From: Planctomycetaceae bacterium UBA7805
Lineage (GTDB): Bacteria > Planctomycetota > Planctomycetia > Pirellulales > UBA7805
NCBI GenBank assembly: GCA_002480485.1
Contig: DLCF01000082.1
Coordinates: forward strand, 5,330 to 69,329
DNA: 64,000 bases
Reading direction: 5' to 3'
Below are positions 20,463 to 29,508 of this stretch, one piece after another. The notes under the pieces are model-generated. The model was not told where the DNA came from. It worked only from the letters and a program-made list of their open reading frames with translations, and ran no database searches. The stretch's first letter is position 1. Every line of letters starts with the position of its first letter. A program made the translations under genes and the position numbers.

Positions 20463-21338
20463 ATGGGACTCGATAATCGAGATTATTATCAGCAGCCCCC
20501 ATCGGAGTATGATTTTGGCAACTCTTCATCCTACCAGGGTGGTGGCCAAGGCCGGATGATGGTGACTCGGTTGGTTATCATCAATGCCATTGTTTATTTG
20601 TTTGAAATATTATTTGACCAAACGAATATCACAGAAAAGTATTTGGCACTTGATAGCGGGCTTTTCATAAGTAATTGGAAAATTTGGCAAGTTGTCACTT
20701 ATGGATTTGTTCATTCGAGGGGTGACATTTTTCACATTCTGGGCAATATGTTCTGCCTGTGGTTTTTTGGGCGGGAGGTAGAGGGTATCTATGGCAAGCG
20801 TCAATTTCTCGCCTTTTACATTTCCACCATTGCGATTGCTGGATTTTTAGGCCTCTATTCCCAGGAGCTGATCACTGGAACCCGGGTAAGTTTACTGGGC
20901 GCATCAGGAGGCGTTGCCGGTGTCATTATTCTTTACATCTGTCATTTTCCGCAGCGAACTTTATTGTTGTATTTTGTAATTCCTGTACGCGCGTGGGTTC
21001 TAGGTATCATTTTTCTGCTTTATGACTTTGTCGGAACATTCAGCGATACCCACATCGCTCATACGGCACATCTGGTTGGTGCTGCATGTGGCTGGATTTA
21101 TTTCAGGACCGGCTGGGAATTGAGCAGTTTGATACCGAGTCGCAAACACTTTGAGCGGTTTGGACCACGGCGTAACGTGCGACTTCACCAGCCAAAACAG
21201 GATAAGTTGGCCGACGAGGTTGACCGATTACTAGAGAAAATTAATCGGGAGGGCACGGCAAGTCTTTCCAGTAAAGAACGTCGAACGCTGGAGCGAGCGA
21301 GCCAGCAATATAAAGATCGACAAGAGCCTGATCGTTAA
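20463..21338 (+). CDS. Rhomboid family intramembrane serine protease
   Basis: Rhomboid motifs are present: HSRGDIFHILGNMFCLWFFG (HxxxN), GASGGVAG (GxSG catalytic Ser) and AHLVGAACG (catalytic His). Confidence 0.85.
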   Translation: MGLDNRDYYQQPPSEYDFGNSSSYQGGGQGRMMVTRLVIINAIVYLFEILFDQTNITEKYLALDSGLFISNWKIWQVVTYGFVHSRGDIFHILGNMFCLWFFGREVEGIYGKRQFLAFYISTIAIAGFLGLYSQELITGTRVSLLGASGGVAGVIILYICHFPQRTLLLYFVIPVRAWVLGIIFLLYDFVGTFSDTHIAHTAHLVGAACGWIYFRTGWELSSLIPSRKHFERFGPRRNVRLHQPKQDKLADEVDRLLEKINREGTASLSSKERRTLERASQQYKDRQEPDR

Positions 21339-21928
21339 AGCGGCTTTTTCGGTAGCTGCCGGAGGAATGGTGCCCTGGTACGCTCGGGAGGTGGATGTCC
21401 GTATTCTTGCTCCCACTCCTCTCGTTCTTCGTCCGAGGCATAGTACCGCAAATAAATTTCCGGATTTCGCGTTGCATCCGCACAATCCCAGTGCAGGTAG
21501 CTTTGACTATCCTCCATTTTCTTTTCTTCGCTGGGAAGAATATCTCGAAAGATCACCTGATAAAGCTCGCGGTCAGAAAGGTGATCGGTAAATTCGAGCA
21601 CGATTCGTTTTTCGAACAAACGATAAATGGTTTCCCAGAGTACTTGGTGCAGTGTATCAGCACCTTCAAGATCCATGCAAAAATCAGCTGGTCTTGGGAT
21701 CGATAAGGGCGGATCAAACCAAGCTTGGATCGGCAGCACTGGCGCCCGTTCCCAGGCAAGCATAGAGGCCAGGAACTCATTTTCTTTCGCCGTAGACAAT
21801 GATTGAACATTCACGCGACAAATGGACTCGTCTACATAGGGTTCGATCTGGTCACGCAATTCCGCATTTCGGAGTAAGTGATCCACCTCATCAAATTGAA
21901 ATGAATTCGCCTCAGGATTTTCCATCAT
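21335..21928 (-). CDS. Hypothetical acidic protein
   Basis: 197 aa ORF with no recognised motif. It overlaps the rhomboid gene convergently by 4 nt. Confidence 0.5.
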   Translation of the reverse strand: MMENPEANSFQFDEVDHLLRNAELRDQIEPYVDESICRVNVQSLSTAKENEFLASMLAWERAPVLPIQAWFDPPLSIPRPADFCMDLEGADTLHQVLWETIYRLFEKRIVLEFTDHLSDRELYQVIFRDILPSEEKKMEDSQSYLHWDCADATRNPEIYLRYYASDEEREEWEQEYGHPPPERTRAPFLRQLPKKPL

Positions 21929-22172
21929 GAACCCGCTTGTGCCAATGAAATAGTGTAAATCTGCCTGTGTGATACCAGATTTAATTAGACTTCCATCGAC
22001 TCTAACAGCGATTTGTTGCCGTTCAACAGGCGGAGAAGTGAGATTTCAAAAAACAGCAGAAATCACCAATCAATTGATCGATACAACTGAGAAACTTCAC
22101 CGGTAGACTCGCTGTAATCGTCACAGTGTGAAACGGGGGTACAGGTAGCGAGTGGCAGCGGGGTGAGTGATT

Positions 22173-22658
22173 TCAGAGTTCGTTGCTCTTGGCAGGCGCG
22201 ATTGATTCGACGTTCTCGAGATGGTGGTCAAGTTCGCCTATCTTTTCGACCCTACGGGCATGACGCCCTCCATCGAATTCCGTGGAGAGCCAAATTTCAA
22301 CCATATGATCGATAAGCTTCACTCCAAGTAGGTCGGCTGAGAGACATAGTACATTGAGGTCGTTGTGTCGCCTGCTCATTTCGGCAGTCAAGTCGTCGTG
22401 GCATGGCGCGGCCCGCACGCCCGGAAATTTATTCGCTGCAATGGCCATTCCGATTCCGGTTCCACATATCAGTATTCCACGGTCTACCTCGTTTTGACTT
22501 ACGCGCCTCCCGACCTCTGCTGCGATATCAGGGTAATCCACGCTCTCTTCACTTTGGGTACCCACATCAGCCACATCGTGCCCAAGTTGACGCAACAAAT
22601 CAGAGATTTGACGCTTAACATCTACCCCACGGTGATCACTTCCGATCGAAATTCTCAT
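22173..22658 (-). CDS. rpiB: Ribose-5-phosphate isomerase B
   Basis: MRISIGSDHRG...ILICGTGIGMAIAANKFPGVRAA. The start is refined to the ATG at 22656-22658, preceded by GGAGGAAAAGAGCTGT, a strong SD. Confidence 0.9.
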   Translation of the reverse strand: MRISIGSDHRGVDVKRQISDLLRQLGHDVADVGTQSEESVDYPDIAAEVGRRVSQNEVDRGILICGTGIGMAIAANKFPGVRAAPCHDDLTAEMSRRHNDLNVLCLSADLLGVKLIDHMVEIWLSTEFDGGRHARRVEKIGELDHHLENVESIAPAKSNEL

Positions 22659-22701
22659 ACAGCTCTTTTCCTCCAATGGCAAAGCAATCGGTAATTTTCG
22701 G

Positions 22702-23829
22702 TCAGTTGTTCAACGTAATTTTCTCAATACGAGTTTCTAACTCTTTGCGAATTTGCTCCGCGCAGCGTTGATATTCCGCTACCGACTCTCCGATAGGGTC
22801 GGCTACATCTTTCCCATCAAGACGTAGAACTTCTGTTCGAGACGCCGCTTCCGGCCACTGAGATAATAATGCTTCACGATGTCCACGGGTCATCGTCAGA
22901 ATCAGGTCGGCATGACGTACCATTTGCTCAGAAACAGGCTGCGCAGAATGACTTGTCAGGTCGAGATCAATTTTTTTCATCACTTCAATTCCCTGAGGTG
23001 AAGCCTGGCCACCGGCCATTGCTGCGATTCCGGCAGAGGTGATCACCACGCCGTGCTCATCAACTTCGTTGTCATTGCAACCTATTTTTTTTGCAAGAAG
23101 ATTTCTTCCTATCACTTCGCCCATCGGGCTGCGACACGTATTGCCTGTGCATATGATCAAGATCATGACACTTGATAGCCGCTTGAGATGCTGTTCAGTA
23201 ACGACTCCCGCCCTCAAAATGTCATAGCTTGTTTCATGAACTCTAACTACAGATGAGGGTTGACCGAGTCGACTTTTGCCGCCATCAAGTACCAAGTCAA
23301 TTTGGTCACCAAATGCAGACACAACCTCTTCGGCAGTGATTGCCTCTGGCTCACCGGTCTGATTCGCGCTGGTCAAAGCAACCGGCCCGGTCAACATCCG
23401 CAACACATCTAAAATCAGAGGGTGTGCAGGAACCCGGAGCCCTACGGTTCCATTCGGAACAACAGCCTGTTTCACTTTCGTCGGGAGCTGCGCGAGTAGG
23501 CTTTCTGGGTGGTTGTTCTCTGCAACGAGAGTGATGGGTCCAGGCCAACAACGTCGAGAAAGACGACGACCCATCGGGCTTAAATCAGGCGCATAGTCAA
23601 GCGCCTCCTCGGCACTACGTACGGCTAGAGTGAATGGGTGGCCTTGGCCGCGGCCTTTTGCATCAATCAGTCGATCGACGGCACCCTCATCCAGCGCGCT
23701 GGCGGCTAAACCATATACGGTTTCGGTAGGAAACGCGACCAAGCGTCCACCTGCTAGCGCTTCCACTGCTCGATGTACCACATCGCGCGGATCTTGGGTT
23801 GCCCGGGTATCTATGACCACTGGATTCAT
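22702..23829 (-). CDS. Fusion: L-threonylcarbamoyladenylate synthase domain (TsaC/YrdC/YwlC-like, aa 1-210) + low-molecular-weight phosphatase (YwlE-like, aa 221-375)
   Basis: The N-terminal part has YrdC motifs (VAFPTETVYGLAA, LTSANQTGEP). The C-terminal part has the P-loop ILIICTGNTCRSPMGE and the DP general-acid motif VADPIG. Confidence 0.85.
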   Translation of the reverse strand: MNPVVIDTRATQDPRDVVHRAVEALAGGRLVAFPTETVYGLAASALDEGAVDRLIDAKGRGQGHPFTLAVRSAEEALDYAPDLSPMGRRLSRRCWPGPITLVAENNHPESLLAQLPTKVKQAVVPNGTVGLRVPAHPLILDVLRMLTGPVALTSANQTGEPEAITAEEVVSAFGDQIDLVLDGGKSRLGQPSSVVRVHETSYDILRAGVVTEQHLKRLSSVMILIICTGNTCRSPMGEVIGRNLLAKKIGCNDNEVDEHGVVITSAGIAAMAGGQASPQGIEVMKKIDLDLTSHSAQPVSEQMVRHADLILTMTRGHREALLSQWPEAASRTEVLRLDGKDVADPIGESVAEYQRCAEQIRKELETRIEKITLNN

Positions 23830-24159
23830 GGAAGCGTACTTCTACCGTTGGTGAGATTAAAAGTTGGTATAAAAGATACTTGTGGCAACGTTTTGCGCGG
23901 ATGAATGGAGGAAGCTGTCGATCCTTAGCGCAATGAAACGTGCGGAAAACTCTGTCCGAATTGACAAGCAACCGAGCACGCAGCCTAACCACTATCAGCC
24001 TCACCCGTCAAGTAGGAACCCCCTAATAGAGCTATTAAAACGTCATGATGACCAAAGTGCAATGGCGAGTCACTTGCGTGATCCAGCACCTGTACACCGT
24101 TCGGTTCTATGCAAGCAGTTTCTCTTGACTTGGTGCACGGAGACCCGTTTCAATTGGTT

Positions 24160-24720
24160 ATGCGTTCATTTCATGCGTTTGCCCTCCTTTGCCTCGCCTG
24201 CTGTTCGTTAGATGCAGGTGAACCAGACAATCCGCTTGCAGGTTCGCTCCGCGATCCCTGGGGGATTGTCAGTAAGGTGAAGAAAGGCAAGTACACGAAG
24301 GACACGTCCCCAAATTCAGCGGCACGCAGCAGTCCAGCATCATCATTGCTGTCTACGCCCACGGAAACGTCCATGTTCGGCCCTTCATTCAAAGCGTTTC
24401 AATCGCAGCACGCTACGTACCTCGACATTTCATCTTTTGACAATCCCGAAGATGATTCTCTCGCGTCTCGTTACGACCGCGGCGCGAGAGAATGGGATGC
24501 ATTTAAACCCACCGACACCGTATTCCCATCAGGCATAATTTTTTACGGTGACCCAAGCACATTGGCTTCAAACCTGAGCCACCCAGTTACTACAACCGCT
24601 GCAACGCAATGGTCTTTATTGATCAAATACGCGATAGCATTCACAAGTCTTCTGCTGCTCGGGATTTGCTGTGTACTGCGATTTCAGGTGAAATGCACGC
24701 CGGACCACAAGACCCAGTAA
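24160..24720 (+). CDS. Hypothetical secreted protein with a C-terminal TM anchor
   Basis: The internal ATG at 24160 gives a signal peptide, MRSFHAFALLCLACCSLDA. A C-terminal hydrophobic helix (WSLLIKYAIAFTSLLLLGICCVL) is followed by a basic tail. Confidence 0.5.
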   Translation: MRSFHAFALLCLACCSLDAGEPDNPLAGSLRDPWGIVSKVKKGKYTKDTSPNSAARSSPASSLLSTPTETSMFGPSFKAFQSQHATYLDISSFDNPEDDSLASRYDRGAREWDAFKPTDTVFPSGIIFYGDPSTLASNLSHPVTTTAATQWSLLIKYAIAFTSLLLLGICCVLRFQVKCTPDHKTQ

Positions 24721-25016
24721 CGCCAACAAACGGTCGTACCGATTGGGTAAAGCTTACGGTGCCGATCAAAAAATAGAATTTCTTATCCTTCTGATGCCGA
24801 TCCTGATTCAACTGTAGGATTTTACACGAAGTCGAATCTTACTGCTGTGCATTTTCATCTTCCGCGATGGATCGCGACCCACCTCCCCTTTGAGGTCGCC
24901 AGATCTTGTTTCATCGCTCCCTAATAGTTCCTTTTGCGTGCATCTTTTATGTGCTAATCCCGATCGTTGGCAGGGGACAAAACTGCACACCGGGTGGATT
25001 GTGACGACCACCATCT

Positions 25017-26009
25017 ATGGTACGGGGTCCCCGTGCTCTGCCCCCGCTATCGGTACCACAGACGAATTCGGTAACTCGCAAACAACAAATCCCACACCCT
25101 GCGGTGGTGCGGATTGTTGCTCGCGAGGGTAAAACAACATCCCTTGGGTCAGGAACATTGATCCATGTTACTGAGGACTTTGGTTTGGTGATTACCAATT
25201 GGCATGTCGTCCGCGGTGCCGAGGGCCCGGTAGAAGTAATTTTTCCGGACGGATTTCGCTCCGGGGGAACCGTCATGAAACTCGATGACGCCTGGGACTT
25301 AGCGGCAGTTGGAATCTGGCGGCCCAAAGTGGCACCAGTGCCACTGTCAAAAAAAGTACCACTTCGTGGAGATTGGCTTTCGATTGCCGGATACGGTGGA
25401 GGCGACTATCAGTCAGCCAGCGGTCGGTGTACCCAGTATGTTGCCCCTGGACGAAATCAACCATTTGAAATGGTCGAACTTTCCACCGAGGCCCGCCAAG
25501 GAGACTCCGGCGGCCCAATCTTCAACGCCGACGGAGAACTTGCCGGAGTGCTGCTTGGCGCAAAAAGAGGACATACCGTAGGTAGCGTTTGCAGTCGAGT
25601 TGATTTTTTTCTCGCCGATGTCTCTGCCACCCTACAGCGCGAACAATCACAGCGGATCATCGATGATGGGTCGCAGAAGTTCAAAAGGCCCCAGGCAACT
25701 TCCGCACCTTCCTCGAGTGAACCAAATCGGTGGGTGGCTGCGCAGCCTGTTCCAGTCGCCGTGGCCAATCCCCGCCCGTCACTCCGCAGGTCGTCAGGTC
25801 TGCTCCAAAAACCGGATCTCCAAAAACCGAATACAGATATTGTCGACCGCGCACCGCCTGAAGACAGCGGCCTTAAATTTGACTGGCATCATTGTATTTT
25901 TGTGTACATGGGCGACACACCCTTTGACCAAGCCAAAACATTTTTTGCGACTATCGGCGCTTTTTCGATGATTTTTTCGTGCTTGCGACTGTTTAAAATC
26001 GACGCATGA
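25017..26009 (+). CDS. Trypsin-like serine protease with a C-terminal TM helix
   Basis: GSGTLIH...VITNWHVV (His), DLAAV (Asp) and GDSGGPIF (Ser). The C-terminal hydrophobic segment is TFFATIGAFSMIFSCLRLF. No N-terminal signal peptide is visible. Confidence 0.75.
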   Translation: MVRGPRALPPLSVPQTNSVTRKQQIPHPAVVRIVAREGKTTSLGSGTLIHVTEDFGLVITNWHVVRGAEGPVEVIFPDGFRSGGTVMKLDDAWDLAAVGIWRPKVAPVPLSKKVPLRGDWLSIAGYGGGDYQSASGRCTQYVAPGRNQPFEMVELSTEARQGDSGGPIFNADGELAGVLLGAKRGHTVGSVCSRVDFFLADVSATLQREQSQRIIDDGSQKFKRPQATSAPSSSEPNRWVAAQPVPVAVANPRPSLRRSSGLLQKPDLQKPNTDIVDRAPPEDSGLKFDWHHCIFVYMGDTPFDQAKTFFATIGAFSMIFSCLRLFKIDA

Positions 26010-26087
26010 TACCCGCATGCGGATTCACTTAATAAGAATAATCGGTGGACGGGGTCGAACCCATAAGTGGCTACCCGACACATCCGA

Positions 26088-27305
26088 TCAATCTAGCCAG
26101 TCTCCATCCGCCAATCGGTCAGGCACATATTGCTCAGTCACGTAGCTAATGTCTTTGCTGATGAGTGCTTCGACCTCAAGCTTGAAGTCGTTTTTCAGCA
26201 TTAAATTAATCTCCTTTTGCCACGCTTTTTTATGTTCGAACCAGGGATAACCCATAATTTGTCGCGCGCGTTTACGATCATTTTCATTGAGGTCGATCCG
26301 TACACTCGGTGATAGCCCGCAACGCTCATAGTCTTTGCTACGCAAACCAATAAATCTTGCTTTGGGTATCGCCATGCGCTGAGACTCATAGGCGAGATTA
26401 ATTGAACCTTGCTTAATAACGCTGTAGATGTAATATCCCCACGGATCATTATCGAGTAAGCAGAAGATAGGAAGATTTAATTCGTTATGCATGCGATTGA
26501 GTAGCCGCCGAACGCCCCGCGGAGGCTGCCCGGCACCATGCGTTAGAATACAGTTATGTTTTTTCCAGAATTTATCCTCGTTGAATCTCTGCCAAACTGT
26601 ACCTTTCTCCACATGCAGCACGAATTTAGCAGTGCACTTTTTGAAGTTGATCACATTTGGCTCAACGATGGACGGAATACCATATCCCCCCGATCCCATC
26701 CGCGCACAATCGATTAAATCACCGTTATCCTCCAGCGTCAGGTTACCTACCATTTCCCCGCGCTTATCTGCATAGAGATGCAACTCCTCGCGCAGACTTC
26801 CCAGCAGCACCTCAACATCTTCAATCACCGGATCACACTCAGACTGCTCTTCGAAGGTATTCTCCTTAGTACCGTCGATGGTGTGCTTCAGCATGTAGTA
26901 GAGACCACGAATACTCGTATTTTTTCCCTGCTCAATCAACTGTTTGCAACCACTTCCGACAAGCATCGTCTGCATATAACTCTTTGCTTGGGAGAGATTA
27001 AACAACAACCGACGGTTCGTATTTTTTCCCATCTCAATGAAGCGTTTTCGTCGGTTAAACTTCACGTTTGAGAGACTGCGCGTCGGAATATCCAGGTGCG
27101 GGTCCCGTTTTCGCCGCGCAGCGAGCACTACCTGATCAGCCATCGAAACCAGCTCACCCAAAGTTTTGCGATCTTTTGTTGATACCCGCGCCTTGGGTCG
27201 CTTTACTTTTGAGGATCCGGCCACCACTTTCTTGCTTGGCGCACTATTTGACGCCTTTTTCACCTTGGAATTCTTGGACCTGGTCTTCACCGGTTTCTTT
27301 GCCAT
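26088..27305 (-). CDS. top6A: DNA topoisomerase VI subunit A (Spo11/Top6A family)
   Basis: 405 aa ORF. It has the 5Y-CAP region SIRGLYYMLKH, the Toprim Glu in FVLHVEKGTVWQRF and the DxD in CLLDNDPWGYYIY. The ATG start precedes a Lys-rich N-terminal 45 aa. Confidence 0.88.
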   Translation of the reverse strand: MAKKPVKTRSKNSKVKKASNSAPSKKVVAGSSKVKRPKARVSTKDRKTLGELVSMADQVVLAARRKRDPHLDIPTRSLSNVKFNRRKRFIEMGKNTNRRLLFNLSQAKSYMQTMLVGSGCKQLIEQGKNTSIRGLYYMLKHTIDGTKENTFEEQSECDPVIEDVEVLLGSLREELHLYADKRGEMVGNLTLEDNGDLIDCARMGSGGYGIPSIVEPNVINFKKCTAKFVLHVEKGTVWQRFNEDKFWKKHNCILTHGAGQPPRGVRRLLNRMHNELNLPIFCLLDNDPWGYYIYSVIKQGSINLAYESQRMAIPKARFIGLRSKDYERCGLSPSVRIDLNENDRKRARQIMGYPWFEHKKAWQKEINLMLKNDFKLEVEALISKDISYVTEQYVPDRLADGDWLD

Positions 27306-27354
27306 CCGCTATTTCTCTCTAAACGAGGAATTTGTGATCCGAATAATACAGAAT

Positions 27355-29508
27355 TCATTTTGCCGACAACTGGTCAGCAACCTGGTTGGGATCAACAATC
27401 AACACATTTTTTCCCAGGTCAAGCTCTTCCTCGACGGGCCGCCCGCGACTGTCGAGCTTGACATCCGCTTCCGCGGTCTTTTTGGTTGCTATTTTTAAGA
27501 GTTGGTCATACAGATCCTGCCGATTGGCACGATTGATTTCACTCACCGCGCTCGCTACTTCACCCAAATAGCGAAGAAATATATTTCGACGTTCACCCTC
27601 CTGGCGAACACGAATACGGCGACGAAGGTACATGCCCAATTTTCGGCCGACCGCCTGGAGCCCCAATCGCAATTCTTTCTGAATTTCAGGATAGGACGCG
27701 ACCGCTTCTTTCGATTCACTGGTAAAAGGCACCCAGACACTTGCCATGTGAATCATTACTGTTACCGGACCACTGGGCAGAGACCCACGTGATTGACTCA
27801 GGCCATATGGTCTCCAATTCGTGTTCAAAATACTTTGCGTAATCGCACAAGCAGCCGGTTGAAACTGCAGTGGAACGCGATTGGCATACCGCAAGACGTT
27901 CATGGTTTGTCCTTCACCGATGTTTACATTGCGCATCGCGTCATGCAACGCGTCGATTTGTTTCCCGGCGATTTTCCCAGGTGAAAGTCGATTTCCCAGG
28001 TCCGCTTCTTTGAGAATGCGTTCGGACGCCTCGGAACCGATTCCATCGAATGTGTGAATTAAAAATTGTCTCAGGGTTCGCAAATCAGTTTCCGTAAGTA
28101 GCTCATTTAGGGTTTCCCTCGTGATCCGCTGCGCGGCAGTCGTACCACCATAAGCGAGGGCAACTTCAATCTGGAATGGATTTCCCCGGTAAACATTCGG
28201 CGGCCGCGTGGCCGCGGCATAAAATTCACCGGGAACCACCTGGTGCAATCCTTTCAACAGAAGCTCTTCTCCGATGGGAGCAATACAATCAGTTTTCGGC
28301 GCACTGATTTTTGTTCCCTGAATTGCTTCATACAGACGGTCAACTTCACCACGCCCGATTTTTCTTGTGCTCGACCGCACTTTGAGTCCGGCTGCGGCGC
28401 ATATTTTTTTTGCAACCGCAGGGCTGACCCGAGAAAACGAAGACGTTAAAAATTGCGAGAGCGTTCCGGCGTCTGTCGCTTTCAACAGCGCAAGTAATCT
28501 TCCTAATTCAACGCCGTAGGGATGCGGCTTGATTTCTTTCGGTTCATCAGGAAGCGTCTCCGTAGAGCGTTTATAGTGATGAGAACCGCCGTCAGGATCG
28601 AGATAGTGTAGTGTTACGTGAGGATTTGCAATTGCGGTTTGTTCAAGATATTCATCGACACTTCCTCGACCACGTTGATATTTAGCCTCGAGTTCGATTG
28701 TGACCCTTGTTCCACTTACAACTTCTTTTGCTGTAGTGTCTTCAGGATCATCGCCGGATCGGCTGACCCACTCGACACCATGCTTGGTCATCCATGTTTC
28801 TCCTTTTGGTCCGGCTGGAATATCCGCGCCGTTTCCTCGCCCATTAAGGATTTCCGGTTTATTATTTTTTGTGTCGATTTGAATTTCGTAATAATGAATT
28901 GGTTTCCGCTTGGAGGTTTTTGATGAAATTTTAACCGGCTTACCAGTCGTAAGAACTCCGTACATTCCAGCGGCACTGATGCCGATACCCTGCTGGCCAC
29001 GACTCATCCGCAGGCGATGAAATTTAGATCCGTACAGCAGCTTTCCGAAAATAAGCGGAATCTGCTTTTTGAGTATTCCCGGGCCATTATCTTGCACACC
29101 GGCTTTGTAACGGTTGTTGCCAGTCGCTTCGACGTGAACCCAGATTTCCGGTAAGATTCCCGCCTCCTCACAGGCGTCTAGTGAATTGTCCACCGCTTCC
29201 TTGATGGTGGTCAGGAGGGCTTTCCGGGGGTTGTCGAATCCCAACAGATGCCGATTTTTTGCGAAAAATTCACTGACCGAAATGTCTCGCTGACTGGCTG
29301 CCATCGATTGCGCCGTGGCGCGTCGTGACGATCGTTTACGGGCGGACGCTCCATTGGTGTTACTGCTGGCTGCAGATGCCGACCCGTTGTTCGATGAGGT
29401 CTTACGTTTTTTCTTTCGAACAGCGCCATTGGTGGCGACCCGAGAAGTTGAAGCGCTATTTTTTTTTCTTTTTGCCTTCACTTTTGCCAAGCGCCTGTCT
29501 CCTCGCAA
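27355..29508 (-). CDS. top6B: DNA topoisomerase VI subunit B (GHKL ATPase)
   Basis: SVSEFFAKNRHLLGFDNPRKALLTTIKEAVDNSLDA is the Bergerat-fold N-box region. GxxGxG-like SRGQQGIGISAAG follows. The longest ORF starts at TTG 29508. An alternative ATG at 29304 would give an archaeal-length N-terminus. Confidence 0.85.
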   Translation of the reverse strand: MRGDRRLAKVKAKRKKNSASTSRVATNGAVRKKKRKTSSNNGSASAASSNTNGASARKRSSRRATAQSMAASQRDISVSEFFAKNRHLLGFDNPRKALLTTIKEAVDNSLDACEEAGILPEIWVHVEATGNNRYKAGVQDNGPGILKKQIPLIFGKLLYGSKFHRLRMSRGQQGIGISAAGMYGVLTTGKPVKISSKTSKRKPIHYYEIQIDTKNNKPEILNGRGNGADIPAGPKGETWMTKHGVEWVSRSGDDPEDTTAKEVVSGTRVTIELEAKYQRGRGSVDEYLEQTAIANPHVTLHYLDPDGGSHHYKRSTETLPDEPKEIKPHPYGVELGRLLALLKATDAGTLSQFLTSSFSRVSPAVAKKICAAAGLKVRSSTRKIGRGEVDRLYEAIQGTKISAPKTDCIAPIGEELLLKGLHQVVPGEFYAAATRPPNVYRGNPFQIEVALAYGGTTAAQRITRETLNELLTETDLRTLRQFLIHTFDGIGSEASERILKEADLGNRLSPGKIAGKQIDALHDAMRNVNIGEGQTMNVLRYANRVPLQFQPAACAITQSILNTNWRPYGLSQSRGSLPSGPVTVMIHMASVWVPFTSESKEAVASYPEIQKELRLGLQAVGRKLGMYLRRRIRVRQEGERRNIFLRYLGEVASAVSEINRANRQDLYDQLLKIATKKTAEADVKLDSRGRPVEEELDLGKNVLIVDPNQVADQLSAK

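Noticed and set aside
26040-26075. A tRNA-like 3' fragment on the minus strand (GGGTTCGACCCCGTCCACC), which could mark an integration site next to the Topo VI operon.
   Set aside because: The T-arm does not fold canonically: the stem has 3 G-C pairs and the loop is 5-6 nt. No matching 5' acceptor strand (GGTGGAC) lies about 70 nt upstream, and that region overlaps the 3' end of top6A. No integrase or direct repeat is nearby. This is more likely chance, or part of the convergent-gene terminator region together with the CCGCATGCGG palindrome at 26012-26021.
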